Made by a program: the position numbers and the translations under genes. This document shows, one piece after another, positions 12,640-25,719 of a stretch of 64,000 nt of DNA (positions within the stretch are counted from its first letter, which is position 1; every line of letters begins with the position of its first letter). Below the pieces are notes generated by a model, which was not told the DNA's origin, made no database searches, and was given only the letters and a program-made list of their open reading frames with translations. The DNA comes from Mobula hypostoma (Eukaryota): NCBI RefSeq assembly GCF_963921235.1, contig NC_086106.1, positions 34,596,001 through 34,660,000 of the forward strand, written 5' to 3'.

Positions 12640-13560
12640 GAACTTTGAACAATGACAAGCCAGGGAACTACAGGTCACTCAGGTTGATATCACTGGTAGG
12701 GAATTCACTCGAGGGAATTCTGAGCGACAGGAACTGGAGGAGTTAGTGTGGCTTTATTTGTGGGAAGTCATGCCAGATGAATATTCTAGAGTTTTTGAAG
12801 AGGTAAACAAAATGGTAGTTGAGGGTAGAACTGGACCTTCGATTATATCCCACATGGTAGGCTGGTCTGGAAGGCCAGGAATCCAGTCAAAGGCAGTTAG
12901 ACAGATTCAAAACTGGCTGGGAGGTAGGAAGCAGAGTGGTAGCTGAAGGTTGTTTCTCAGAAATTAAGCTGGTGTAAAGGGATGTCTTAGTATTCTGAGT
13001 CTCTGCTCACTGGTCCCAGCGTCCTTCACGATAGGAAACACTACCTGCCCTCCACCTACTATGACATTAATTCCATCATCCAAATCATTGACATATAACC
13101 TGAAAAGAAGCGGTCCCAACACCTACCCCTGTGGGACACTGCTAGCCACTAGCAGAAAACCAGAAAAGGCCTCCTTTATTTTACTTTCTGTCAGTCATCC
13201 AATCTATCAATGCTAGTATTATTCCTGTACGACCGTGTCCTATAATTTTATTTAGCAGCTTCATCTACAGCATCTTGTCAAAGACCTTCAGAAAACCCAA
13301 GTAAACAGCATTCACCGACTCTTTTTAGTCTATCTTGCCTGATATTTCCAAAAGTAACTCTGGCAAATATGTGAGGTAAGATTTTCCCTGCACTAAACCA
13401 CGCTGAAATGGCCTGATTTATCATGTGCCTTCAAGTACCAAATTCTTGATCAATTAGGGAAGTGGACCAATGAGATTCAATACTGCTAAGTGTGAAGTGA
13501 TGGATTTTCGAAAGTCAAACCAGCATAGGACTTATCTATCAATGGTAGGGCATTTCCATC
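12640..13560. mobile_element. CR1 fragments in mixed orientation
   Basis: Decayed RT-region segments: plus 12640-12990, minus 13010-13450. Confidence 0.6.
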
Positions 13561-14714
13561 AGCTACGAATGAATGGTTGATGATCAAACACGAACCGCAC
13601 CACATCGGGTCTCCAGAAACAGTAGTTTATTTAAGCTTCCAGGATTATATTCCTCTGAGATTTGAAATCGAGACGGGACATATAATGAATTCATTGATAT
13701 CGTCTGCACTTCTCAGTTCGAGCTGCTGAACCTTTTCTGACATTTCCTTTCTTTTCAAAAAAGAAATAACAAACACTTATACCGTTAAATGTCAGGGAAC
13801 TGCAGCGAATTATTCATTGTTTCCTTTTCACTGCTGAGAAGATTAGGTAAAAATGCAAAACCAAGTTGAAGGAAATGTCTCTGTTACTGATAATCTCAAG
13901 AATGTTTCCAGTGTATACTCGCTGCATAGTGAAGTAGGAAACCGACAGAAAAGTCGTGAATCACTGTCAGCATGCGGAAACTACAGGAATGTCCGGAAAT
14001 TGAATTATGTTATCCATGTCGAAAAGAGGCGACTGCATTTCGAAAGTCTGTACTAATTTTCATCCACAGCGCAGCATGTATTCCTCCGCATCATTCCCCA
14101 GGTGAATACTGTCTGTCTTTAATACCCCATTGCCATCGATCATAGCCCAACTCATCTCATTTTCGCCCTTCTCCGCAAAACCCCATTCATTCAATGTCCC
14201 ACACGCTCAGATCTCTATTAAAAGATAGAAACATGCATTTTACTTGACAACATGTTCAGTCATAAACTCTACTCGTTGCCACCCCACCGGCCCTACCAGA
14301 CTTGCATTATAAAACACGGGCTCTTTGTTCCACACTCATCCCCTTAAAGTTGTGGAGTGACGAAGGATCACGGAGTTATCAGCACAGAAATGGGTCTTTG
14401 GCTCATTGGTCTGTCAAGGTTATGCTTCAAATTTTGTCTTTGAAATCACGACAATATATGATATTGCCCTATGAATGGATTATGTGGACCCAACTTTCAG
14501 TATCTACAGTTTTTTAAAGAGCAGCCGAGTGCAGAAGCCCGAAGTGAGCTGACAGATGGTGCATAGTTCCAAAGAAAACTTAGACATTCGGCCTACAACA
14601 CATTGGCAAGTTCAGGAGTTTTCAAAGATAGGACGCATACAGAATGTAGCTCTTTCCTCTGTTGGGGATGACAGGGTAAGGGAACAACTTTACATTCTGA
14701 GATGTCGTTGATTT

Positions 14715-16850
14715 CAAGAAAATGGTTACGGTTATGGATCCTGCAACCGCTTGTGCTGTCGGGGGCTGTACAGATGAGCGCTGCATCAGTAGCTCCATCT
14801 CTCATAGTTACGGGTGAGTGCCTGGGTTTCGGCAAAACTCTCTCCGGCCCACGCCGCAATGTTTTCCGGACATTTCCTCTTTCTGCTCCTTTTTCTTTTC
14901 CCCTGCACCGCTGAAGAATGGGCTTTGTGAGTCCACCTGATCTTGTTATGTGGCCATACCATCTCAGTTAGCCCTTGTTTACTGTGGGCAGTAGTTCTTC
15001 ATAATCTCTCATGTGCTGGGTAATGGCTCTTCGTACTTCGTCTTTTGAGGCATGGTCTGCACAAGGGATGCCAAGGAGCCTTCTGAAGCATCTCATTGCT
15101 ATTGCCTGGATCTTCTTTAGAAGTTGTGCTATCAAAGTTCACAATTCGTATGCATACAAGAAGGTAGAGAGCACAAGTGCATGAAATAGTTTCCGAGAGC
15201 GATGTTATTGTCTCCCAAGACTGGTTTTAGTTTAGCCAACATTGCTGTTGTTTGGTCTGTTCTTGGAAGGACTTTAGGCTTTGATTCTTGTTGGGTGATG
15301 ATGGCGCCAGGATACTTGGACCGTTTGACAGTCTTTAGTTCTTGTCCACTCGCTGTGATTTTTGATGCGATTGATTTCTCACTGTTCCTCATGAACTTGG
15401 TGTTCTCTATGCTGATCTCCATGCCATATCTAGTAGATTTACTGTCCAGATGTTTCACAAAGCAGGCCAATTCACCCTTACTTCATGCCAATCCATCAAT
15501 GTCATTGGTGAACCTGATCTGTCTTGCGATGCTGACTGTACCAATGTGGTCTTCCACGGCATCTGTCATTATTTGCTGCAGGAAAATGTTGTGGGTGAAA
15601 GGAGGTAGCTTTGTCGGACTTCAACTGATGTGTGGAACCACTCTCTTACTGTGCCTTGGACAAATACCGCAGTGCTACCTTTGGTATAGAGCTGCTTGAT
15701 GGTTTGGATCAGCTTCTGGCCCGTGTTCTGCCACTTCACTGTGGCCTGGAGTGCATTATGCTACACCCTATTGGATACCTTCTTGAAGTCTATGAATACG
15801 AAGCAGATATCGTGATGATGTTGTTTGTATTTCTTGCTTAGTACTCGGAGGTTGAATATCTGCTCGGTTGTACTACTTCCAATTCTGATTCCATCCTGTT
15901 CTTCGGCGATTTTGCCTGTGGTTTCAGTTTGTTTAAGATGACTTTCAACATTACTTCACTTGCATGGCCGATAAGACTTACAGTTCTATAATTCTGGCAC
16001 TGCTGTAAGTGGCCTTTCTTGGGAAGAGTAATGATGTGTGGTTTTGTCCAGAGTGTTGGCCATTTCTCGGTCTGACAGATTTTGTTGCAGATATTGGTGA
16101 AGAATATCACTGTCTCTCCTCCGTATTTTATCAGCTTGGCTGGGATGTTGTTTCTTCCTGCAGCTTTCCCATTCTTCAGCGATACTATGGCTGCTTCTGC
16201 TTCTTCCCGCAGAATTGGAAATCATCGTCGTTTGACAAGTCCTGGCTTGTGAGTATGCTGGGGTCTTATTGGATCTCATGGTTGTATAGGTCTGAACAAC
16301 GCTCAGTCCATCTGATGAGAATGCATTCATCTTCTGTGAGACAGTTTCTTTTTTAATTTGGAGCTACAGACTCGTGTCTGTCTTTGTTTTGTCAGGTCCC
16401 TCACAATTTGAAATGCTCGCCTGTTGTTCTTGTTCAGCCTATCTTCTAACTCTGTACACTGTCTCTCAATACATTCTTCCTTGGCTTTAATCATGTTTTT
16501 TTTTCCTGATCGTGCTTGTCTCTCTGCATACCACTGCTCCTGTTGTTGTATTCTTAAATTTCTTTAGGTCTCTTCTAGTGTCACACACTTCCAGGATCTT
16601 CTCTATTACCTAGGGTTGGGTTTTCTGGCCGTGTTTTCCAAGTATCTCATTCGCTGTTTCCGTCATCACTTCACTGAACATAGTTGTCAACGTTTGAACA
16701 TCTTCATCAAGTGTCAGCTGTGGTGCAAATTTTTCGCCAGCTGTAGCTTTGAAGGATTTGGTGATGGAGTGGTCCTTCTGTGTTTCCAAGTTGACTTTCA
16801 TTCTAATCTTCTGTGTGCCTCTTGGAGGCAACGTGAGAGATTTAGGAGAT
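14715..16850 (-). mobile_element. RTE-clade LINE, 5'-truncated and decayed
   Basis: ORF pieces WPTLWTKPHIITLPKKGHLQQCQNYRTVSLIGHASEVMLKVIL, YGMEIS.E.TKFM, KYPGAIIT, and a C-terminus LRWYGHITRSGGLTKPILQ...VQGKRK...AWAGESFAETQAL ending in a short ccataa/ccgtaa tail. Confidence 0.85.
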
Positions 16851-16999
16851 GGATGAGGAACAGTGATGCCCGTCCACCCCACTAGGTAGAGTGCAGCTGC
16901 CAGACATCAAAGGTACTACCTCTATCCAGAGCCCCATGCACCCATAGAAAAAGATAAGATTGGGGAAAAAAATCTTATCATCTACAACACAGAAACAGC

Positions 17000-18400
17000 T
17001 ACTAATGGTCCGCCTGTTCCTTAACAACACTCATACTTCCCTGTGTGAGGCCGCGTTTCCTCTCTTCCTATATTAGCATCTGTACAATTGTCTTTTATAA
17101 TGTGTAGTTGTGTCCAATTCTGCTACCACTTCTAGCAGCTTGTTCCAGATAACAATCACCCTCTGTGTGAGAAACGTTACCCTTCAGATCTCATTAAAAT
17201 TTCCTCTCTCTCACCTTGAATCTGTGTTTTCTAATTCTATACTTGACTGTCTTTAGAAAAACCGCCCTTCCTTCCTCTCATAATTTCAGAGGCATGCCCA
17301 TCCCTCCAGCGTTTCATTGGGAACAATCGCACCCTACCCAATCTCTGCTTGTAACTGGAGTCCTCAATTTCAGGTAACATCCTGCTGAATCTCTTCTGCT
17401 CTCTTATACTACCTGATCCTTCCTGCAGCGTGGTGACCAGAACCATGTACTGAATGACTTAAACTCAATGAGTAATCGATACTTCCCTGTCCTGCCACAT
17501 CCATTCATTAATGACCCGCAAATAATCCAGTATGAACAATTTAGTCCAGATAATTCGACTTTGATATATTCTCTTAACTATAATGTTCTTCCCACACAAA
17601 ACCGATTTCCCGCTGCCTCAGTTTTTGCATCAAATCGTGGAATACCATGAACTAATCCAGGTCTACCTACAGATTGCCACGAAATGATTTTTCAGTATCC
17701 AATGACGGAAAATCATTTTGTCTCAGTGTCCCACGAACGTCGAACATAGGATGTTACAGTACGGGAATATGATTCATAACATTCCGCTAACTGCATATGC
17801 GTGTGCCTGTCTAAAAGCCTTTTGAAGGCTACTATCATGTCTCCATCACTACCCCGGCAGTGCGTTTCAGCAACCTACCATACACTATCTTAAAAATAAA
17901 CAGCCCTGTACATTGCCCAACCCCACCCCTCGCTTTAAAGTCATTCTCTCTTGTATTCGACCTATTTCCCAGGGACATTAATTCTGGCTGTCATGCCTCT
18001 TCTGAACTTATAAGCTACCGGTCGCCTACTATGCTCCAGAGAAAACACTGCAAATTTATGCATCAACTCCTTATAACTAATGTCCTCTGATCCAAGCAGA
18101 TTCCTTATAACCCCCCCCCCTTTTACATCCTCAACAGAGCCTTCACGTTATTTTTATAACAGAGCCACAGACCTACAGAAAATATTGTAACCAAAATTTT
18201 ATACATCTGCATCTCGATTTCCTGGCTCTTACACTCAAGACCCCTAACGACGAGGCAAGCATGCTTTACCACTCTATCTAAATGCGGTGCAACTGCAGTA
18301 TGGACTTCGGCCCCAAGAATTCCTGTATCGTTTCATAATAATCCGGTGGTAGTATGCTATATATATTTTCATCTTCGCCCTAAAAAGATGTTCGAAACTT
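17000..18400 (-). mobile_element. CR1 3' fragments
   Basis: Reverse-complement CR1 3'-region similarity (e.g. minus ORF 17237-17446, RFSRMLPE...YKQRLGRVRLF). Confidence 0.6.
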
Positions 18401-18989
18401 TTGCAGAACTCTGTTGCTGTGTTGGAACATCGAAACCCTCAATTTCTTCAACATTTGCCTTTCAGTGTCGTCGAGATTCGTCACCTTAATACAGACCCGT
18501 GTTCATGAAGTGTGACCGTAAACTCTAACACTACTTCGTACATAGTTGTGCATTGTACTGTAAAAAGTACAAAGTGTGTCCAACCAACAAAAAGATTGAT
18601 AATAAAAGCACTTTGAACTTTGATTGGAAATCGCAACTTGTATATGACTTCAGGGTAATTGTGATGTCACAGTGGTGATACATAATTAATGCTAAGGATT
18701 TTGAGTCGAATTTCTTGCGTTCATGCAGCTTTTGTTTCAGATTTCATTACTTGTCTTCAGAACCTTGTTACAGAAATTGAACACGGCGATATTGTCAAGG
18801 AACTAGCCGGAACCTGATATCACGAGTTACTTTGATTCCCAGCATCTGCAGATTTTCGCCTGTTCTTGATCATGATTGGTGTTGTAGTTGGAAAGCTCGC
18901 GGGGTTGCATACTGATGTTCAGTAACATTGCTGCAAAGTCTTGTTGTCAAGATAATCTCAAAACAGATTCATCAACCAAAAACAACTAT

Positions 18990-19860
18990 TAAAGCAACAC
19001 ACACGCTGAACGAACTCAGAAGGTCAGGCAACATCTATGGAAAAGAATAAAGAGTCGAAGTTTCGGGCCAAGTCCGTTCGCCAGCACTGAAAAGAAAGGG
19101 GGAACTTGCCAGAATAAAAAAAGTTGGTGGTGGGGGCGGGGTGTGGGGGAAGTGAATATATGTTAGGTGGAAAGTGATGGATGAAGCCAGGTGAGTAGGA
19201 AAGGTCAAGGGCTGGAGAAGAAAGAATCTGATACGAGAGGATAGTGGACCAGAGGGGGAAAAAAGGAAGGAGGAGGGGAGACAGTGAAGTTATAGGCAGG
19301 TGAGAAGAAGTAAACGGTCAGAGTACGGAACAGTGGAATGGGAATGGTGGGGATTTGTTTACCGAAGCGAGAAATGGATATTCATGCCGTCAGGTTGGAG
19401 GTACCCAGTCGGAATACGAGCCGTTGTTCCTCCACCCTGAGGGTGGCCTTATCTGGTCACAAGAGGAGGCCATGTATTGATACGTCCGAAAGGAACCAAC
19501 CTATAATTCATCTTTCCCACACGCTGATCTTTTACTTCTCACCTGCCTATTACTTCGCCCTGGGTCCCCTCCTACTTCCCTTTCCCCTATGGTCCATTCT
19601 CATCTCCTATCAGCTCCTTCATTCTCCAGTCTTGAGCTTTTTCATGCACCTGGCTTCACTTATCACCTTCCAGCCGGCCTCGTTCCCCTCCCACCTTTTA
19701 ATTTTTCCCCCTTCTTTCTTAGTTCTGAAAAAGGTCTCGGCCCATAACGTCGACTATTTATTCTGTTCCTTCGATGCCGAAATACCTGCTGAGTTTCTCC
19801 AGCGTTTTTTTTGTATGTTGCAATGGATTTCCAGCATCTGCAGACTTTCTCATGTTTGTG
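18990..19860. mobile_element. Penelope-like element remnant with inverted terminal repeats
   Basis: Minus-strand terminal repeat plus GIY-YIG C-terminal remnant (18990-19490; rc of ATLRVEEQRLVFRLGTLQPDGMNIHF) joined to a plus-strand terminal repeat (19500-19860). Confidence 0.8.
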
Positions 19861-21989
19861 CATAGTTTATGTTTAATTTTATGCTCCTTGCGAATGCTTA
19901 TACAATACCGCGTACCAATGATGCTGCTGCAAGTATTTTCCATTGAACCTGTGCACACATGTTTTCGTGTATTTGGCAACAAACTTGATTCTGTGCGTTC
20001 TACTAAAGGCGTGGCCGGTTAGGCTAGCATCAATTTACCATTCTTTTAGGCTTATTCTATTAAGAATATTAGTCAGGGAAATCGGTGACGTCTGGTGGAC
20101 GTTCGATTAATTCAAATAAACCTTAAACAGGCGGAACTATCAATGGATATTCCAACTCCGATTTTCAGTTATTTACATTGACGTATGAGCAGCGTAAAGC
20201 TAACCTCACTAATTCTTGAGCAGTGACCTCCCGTAAAAGGTACATTCAGGAACGGAGCTGAATAATTCGAGGTGGAGAGCCACGAGACGCAAAGGGTGGA
20301 CTGACCAGTGATCATTCATGACTGTTTGTTTTCCACTGTAGCAATCGGAAGGGAACTTATTGACGTTGCACATGTTTCTCCATGGAGAGCCAGTTGTTCA
20401 ATCAAGGAACACGGCCAGGAAACGTAGGCAAATAAGATTTTGCCAACATTTTGCGGCGACGCACTGAAAGAACAGTTAATCGGAGAAACAGGCGTTGGAT
20501 TAAAATTCAACGGAGGGGTTTTTGGAGTGCCCTGTACTGTGTTTTGCTCTTTCATTCCGATAGCAAAAAAAGAGTCTTGGCTATAGAGAAAATAAATACC
20601 TAATGTTATTCCTATGAGCTGGATTTCGCTGTGCCATCGTTGGGGTTTTCGCGAAACAGGTAAAAGACTCGAATCTTTCCTTTATAAGAACGGGATCATA
20701 ATCAGGATAACAGTGTGAGGTTTCAAAATATATTGAGCAGAATGACTGGTCATTTGTGATTCCTGCGAATTCAAAAGTCAAATATGAATGTTGGAACAAA
20801 ACGAGGAAGCACAGATGTACAAAGGGGAAGTTGAATTAAATATCAGATGAATGTACAATTGTACTATCTAACTTCCGAACTCGCATAATACAATCGATGT
20901 CCATCGTACAGATTCCGGAAGCCAAAGGGTAATTGGGTCACTATTCGGCAGCAACCCTGCTGTTAATCCTCTGGAGCTGTTTGGATTTATCAATCGTCTG
21001 TCAATTTAACTGCCCACATCGCTCCTATTTAGGTCCCCCGCCGATACAGTTTAATAATTTTGAAACCTAGTAGCTCGAACTCAGAAATGACCCTGAGTTA
21101 AGCAATTTCAGATTCAATTTCGGTTTGAAGGTCACATTTCTACCTTTCAGCTTTTGCCCCTTACTTTATCCTTCTTTTCTCTTGTGTCATTGATTTCTAC
21201 CTACGTCCACCTCAGCTTTACTGTCCACCTGATGCCACCTTTCAGGGCCATTTCGGCGTCCCTCTCTCCGTCCTTTCGCTTCCCTTCCATTTTTTTACAC
21301 AGTATGTTTCCCCTCTTTTGCAGGGAAAAATGTAAGTAGGTGAAGCAAGAGTATTCTTGGTCATTCAACAAAACAACGGATGGCCTTTTACCTTGGTACC
21401 ACTCTCCTTTCCTAAACTCATATTCCTGATTCCATTAAGATCTCAAAAACCTATCGAAATTTTGTCTTTAATATTCCCAACATATCAGCCCTCTTCATGG
21501 CTCTTCAACCTCTTGTATTCCTACCATTATGCTGAAGATATTTCTACACATCTTATCCTAAACGGCACTTATGTGGCTACGAATACTGGTTTTGCCAGAA
21601 GAACCGTCATGCCTGATTTATTCTGAGTAGCTCCGCATGATTCTGTGCATTTGAAAGGTATTAATTCCTATTGTCTATAATTTTGTGGTGTAATTGCTCA
21701 GTTGTCCTAATGTCTCCTCATCACAACTCCAACTCCAACCAGCTTTATCATCACTGAAGAACTGAGGTGAAATTTGTTGTTATCCAGCAGCAATACAGCG
21801 CAAAGACATAAAAATCTGTAAATAGTGCAAACATTGAAATAATGAGGTAGGGTCAGAAGTCCATGGATCATTCAAACATCAGCGAGATAATATTTATAGA
21901 CCTGTATACAGTATTGCAGTCTTGTGGGAAAATGTTAATTCTTTGGATTTGAAAGGTCACTGACTGATAAATGGAATAGAAGAGTTGTG

Positions 21990-23850
21990 AGGTTTGCCTT
22001 ATGACGAAAGGTTGAACAAGTGAGACTTGTATCCACTGGACTTCAGAAGGGTAGCAGAGGAACCATTGTAAAATGTAAGATTCAGAGGTTTCTTTGGTGC
22101 CTGGATGAGGACAGACTAGAATCTCTTCATGGTTGTATCTAAAAGGTAGTGATTGGGGATAAGGAAATAGTGGACTAAATAAATATTTTGCGGCAGTCTT
22201 CAGTTTGGATTGCCCAAGCAGTATGCTGGAAGCTTGAGGTATTGGAGCAAAAATGCGTGCAGTTTCTATTACTGGAGAGAAAGTGTTTGGGAAGCTGAAT
22301 GGTCTGAAAGTAGATAAGTCACTTGGACCAGATGGAATACACCTCAGAGTTCTGAAAACAGGTAGCTGAAGAGATTATGGCGGCATTAGCAATGATCTTT
22401 CAAGAATCACTCGATTCTGGAATGGTTGAAACTTGCATATGTCACTCCACCCTTCCAGAACTGAGGAAGACATAAGAAAATGAATTGTAGGCAGGTTAGT
22501 GGACTTCAGTGGTTGGAGAAATGTTGTAATTGATTGTTAAGGACGTATTTCGTGTTACATCGAGGGACATAGTAAAATAGGGCACAATAAGTATGGTTTC
22601 ATTAAGGGAAAATCATACCTGACAAATCTGTTTGAGGTAATAAGAAGCAGGATAGTCAAAGGACAATTGGTGGATGTTGTGTACCTGGATATTCAGAAGG
22701 CCTTTAGTAATGTTCTGCACATGATGCTGCTTAATAAGATAAGATCCCATGGATTTTCAGGAAAGATACCAGCTGGAGATTTGGCTGATTGGCAGGAGGC
22801 AAAGCATGTGAATAAAGGGAGCCTTTTCTAGTTGTCTGCTAGTGACTAGTGGTGTTGTGCAAGGGTCAGTGTTGGGACCACTTCATTTTACATGGTATGT
22901 CAATGATTTGGGGATAATGGAATTATGGCTTCATGGCTAAGTCTTCGGATGATACGAAGCTAGGTGGATGCACACGTAGGGTTGAAGCAAGGAGGCTGCA
23001 GAAGACTTTGATAGATTCAGAGAATGTGCAAAGAAGAAGCAAATAGAAGAGAGTGTCAAGAAGTGTATAGTCATGCACTTTGGCAGTAGCTATAGAAGTA
23101 TAGGCTATTTTCTAAACGGAGAGAAAATTCAAAATATCCGAGGTGAAAAGGAGTCCTTGTTCAGGATTCCCTAAATGTTAATTTGCAGGTTGAGTCAGCG
23201 GTGGGGAAGGTAAATATAATGTTAACATTTATTTTGAGAGGAGTATAATATAAAAGTAAGGATATAATGATGAGGCTTTATGATGAGGCCTCACTTGAAA
23301 TGTTGTGAGCAGATTTGGGCCCTTTATTTCAGGAAAGGTGTGCTGAGTTTGGAAAGGGTTCAGAGGAAGTTGACGAGAATGCTTCCAGAAATGAACAGTT
23401 TATCATACGAGGAGTGACTGGTGGTTCAGGGATTTGCTGGAATTTAGAAGAGTGAGAGGAGATTGCATTGAAACCTATGGAATGTTGAAAGGGTTAGATA
23501 AAGTGGCTGTGGAGAGGATGTTCCGTATGGTGGGAGAGTCTAGGACCAGAGGGCACAGACTCAGTATAAAGGGACGTCCATTTCGAACGGGGATGAGGAG
23601 GAATTGCTTTAGCCAGATGTTGGTGAATCGATGGAATTGATTGCCACAGGCGGCTGTGGACACAAGTCTTTGGTTGTATTTCAGACTGTGGTTGACAGGT
23701 TATTGATTAGTGAAAGTATGAAAGGTTAAACGGAGAAGGCAGGAGAACGTGGTTGAGAGGGAAATGTATCAGCCACGATGAAATGGAGGAGCAGACTAGG
23801 CCAAATGACTCCATTCTACTGCTATGTCTAATGGTCCTATGGTCTCAAAC
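21990..23850 (+). mobile_element. CR1 LINE RT-to-3' end, decayed
   Basis: Decayed KS.GPDG.HLRVLK, YLDIQKAF, VVQGSVLGP and F.DD segments; ends with a CR1 tail (ggagcagactaggccaaatgactccattctactgctatgtctaatggtcctatggtct). Confidence 0.85.
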
Positions 23851-23927
23851 TAGTGATCATTATTTTAAAACCCAGTGTTGCCATTTCTTGGCAGTAATGA
23901 ACCTTTGTTCATCAATCTTTGTTATTG

Positions 23928-24056
23928 NNNNNNNNNNNNNNNNNNNNNNNNNNNNNNNNNNNNNNNNNNNNNNNNNNNNNNNNNNNNNNNNNNNNNNNNN
24001 NNNNNNNNNNNNNNNNNNNNNNNNNNNNNNNNNNNNNNNNNNNNNNNNNNNNNNNN
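23928..24056. other. Assembly gap (129 N)
   Basis: Run of N characters. Confidence 1.
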
Positions 24057-25289
24057 CATACTACAGGTTTGGAGGCCAGGTACAGATTCAATGATTCAGG
24101 CATCAAATACCACAGTTCTGAACAGTTTTAGCAAACTTGTAGTGTAAGGTTAATAAACTGAAAAGTCAACATGGGTTCTCTCTACAAATATTGTGAGCTG
24201 TCGATGATTTGCCACACTTCATGCTTTTGAGTCCAGCTGTACTAGGTCTGTTTAGAACTCATCTACAGTACAGTTTACTTCTGACCAACACATAGAACAT
24301 AGAACATTATAGCTCATCTCAGCAAGTATGTATTGACTACTGCTGATTTCAAAGTATACTCAAAATCTTTTGTATAGAATTAACACAAAATGTTGTCAAG
24401 CCAAGCTGCCTCTTCAAGAGGCACAAAGACACTTTATGGTGGATGGTTGTTTACCATATCCGCATTTTTATTTCATTTAGGTGTATGTTATCCGCGGGAA
24501 GACTGTGCAGAATTAGTGGAATGATATCAGCTTTTGAATTGTGTAGAATGTGAGAGGTCTGCTATTTCTGAAGTTGAGAGGAATAAGACTGATTGCAATG
24601 AAGTTTTAAAATGTTGGAACTTGATAGATCAGAATGGAATAAAATCACGCTGGTGTGGGATTCGATAAGATGACCTGCGTGAAAATGTGAAACAGGTTTC
24701 TATTTCTTTCCATTCACACAATACCAAAGGTATTGTCCAATGGTAAGCGGATGAAGGAAAAGATGAAACTCAGGCTTGAATTCATGAAATTCAGAATTTG
24801 CATGAATTTATCAGAAGCTCTGAGATAAATTGGATAAATGGACTTAGAAAACAAAAACAAAGCGATCTTCGTGAATGCTCAAATTCTGCGTTGCTCTACC
24901 AAGAGCGATTACGAGATGGGGTATTGGGGTAACATTTAATATTTTATTTCCAGCCAATAAATCAGGGGCTGAAGATTTCAGATTAAATTACGATGGTGTT
25001 CATGCTTTTCTGCTGGGATCCAATTAATGTGAATTATTATCTTTCTAAAGACATGGATTATATTAATTTCCTGATTGTGGCCGGGAAGTTCAATAAGCAA
25101 TACGGATGAAACAGGCTGGGTTTGGATTGCAGATTTTCTCTCCCGAAGGGCATGAGCGAACCAAATGACTTTATACATTAATGTGGTAGTGTCTTGCAGT
25201 GCGCTGAAGCTAACATTAAATCAAAATTCTGGGAGGATTTAGTGTATTTAGTTACCATTGAAAGCATTCTGTTTCCTCATACACCAAGC

Positions 25290-25715
25290 AATGTTGCGGC
25301 AGTCTGACAAGTACAATGTTCGATGTGCTGTGTGTTCAGAGATAGTCTTCTACACTTCACTGTTGAATCACAGTCACCTTCCTATCAGCTTGAATCAGTC
25401 TGGCCAGTCTCTCCTGACCTCAATTACCAGCAAGGCGCTTTCACCCACAGAACTGCCACTCACTGGAATTTTTTGTTTGTTTTCGCTCCATTCTCTGTAA
25501 ACTGTAAGTAACATTCTGCATGAAAATTCCAGGGATCCGTGGTACCTGAAATACTTAAACCACCATGTTTGGTACCACTAATCATTCCACAGTCAAAGGC
25601 AATTACAGCACATTTCTTCATGATGGTTTGATAGTTTGTCTGCTTGTTTCATCCATTGAGTTGCTGCCACATAACTGGCTGCATAGATACTTGCATTAAT
25701 GAGCAGGTGTATAGA
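25290..25715 (-). mobile_element. Tc1-like DNA transposon fragment
   Basis: Recognised as the 5' part of a widespread aquatic-vertebrate Tc1-like element (gttcagagat..tcttct; cacagaactgcc.ctcactgga; ccattctctgtaaact; cattgagttgctgccacat; gcaggtgta). No intact transposase. Confidence 0.55.
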
Positions 25716-25719
25716 TGTA

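Noticed and set aside
14702-14813. Plus-strand ORF MSLISRKWLRLWILQPLVLSGAVQMSAA... ending at a gtgagt donor, resembling a signal-peptide exon
   Set aside because: It is the antisense of the RTE LINE C-terminus and tail (minus strand reads ...AWAGESFAETQALTRNYERWS...RLQDP).
24481-25190. Two apparent plus-strand exons conserved with 43500-44120 (superficially cytokine-receptor-like)
   Set aside because: Both copies have stops and frameshifts in every frame, and the supposed intron is about as conserved as the exons; best explained as neutral duplicated flank.
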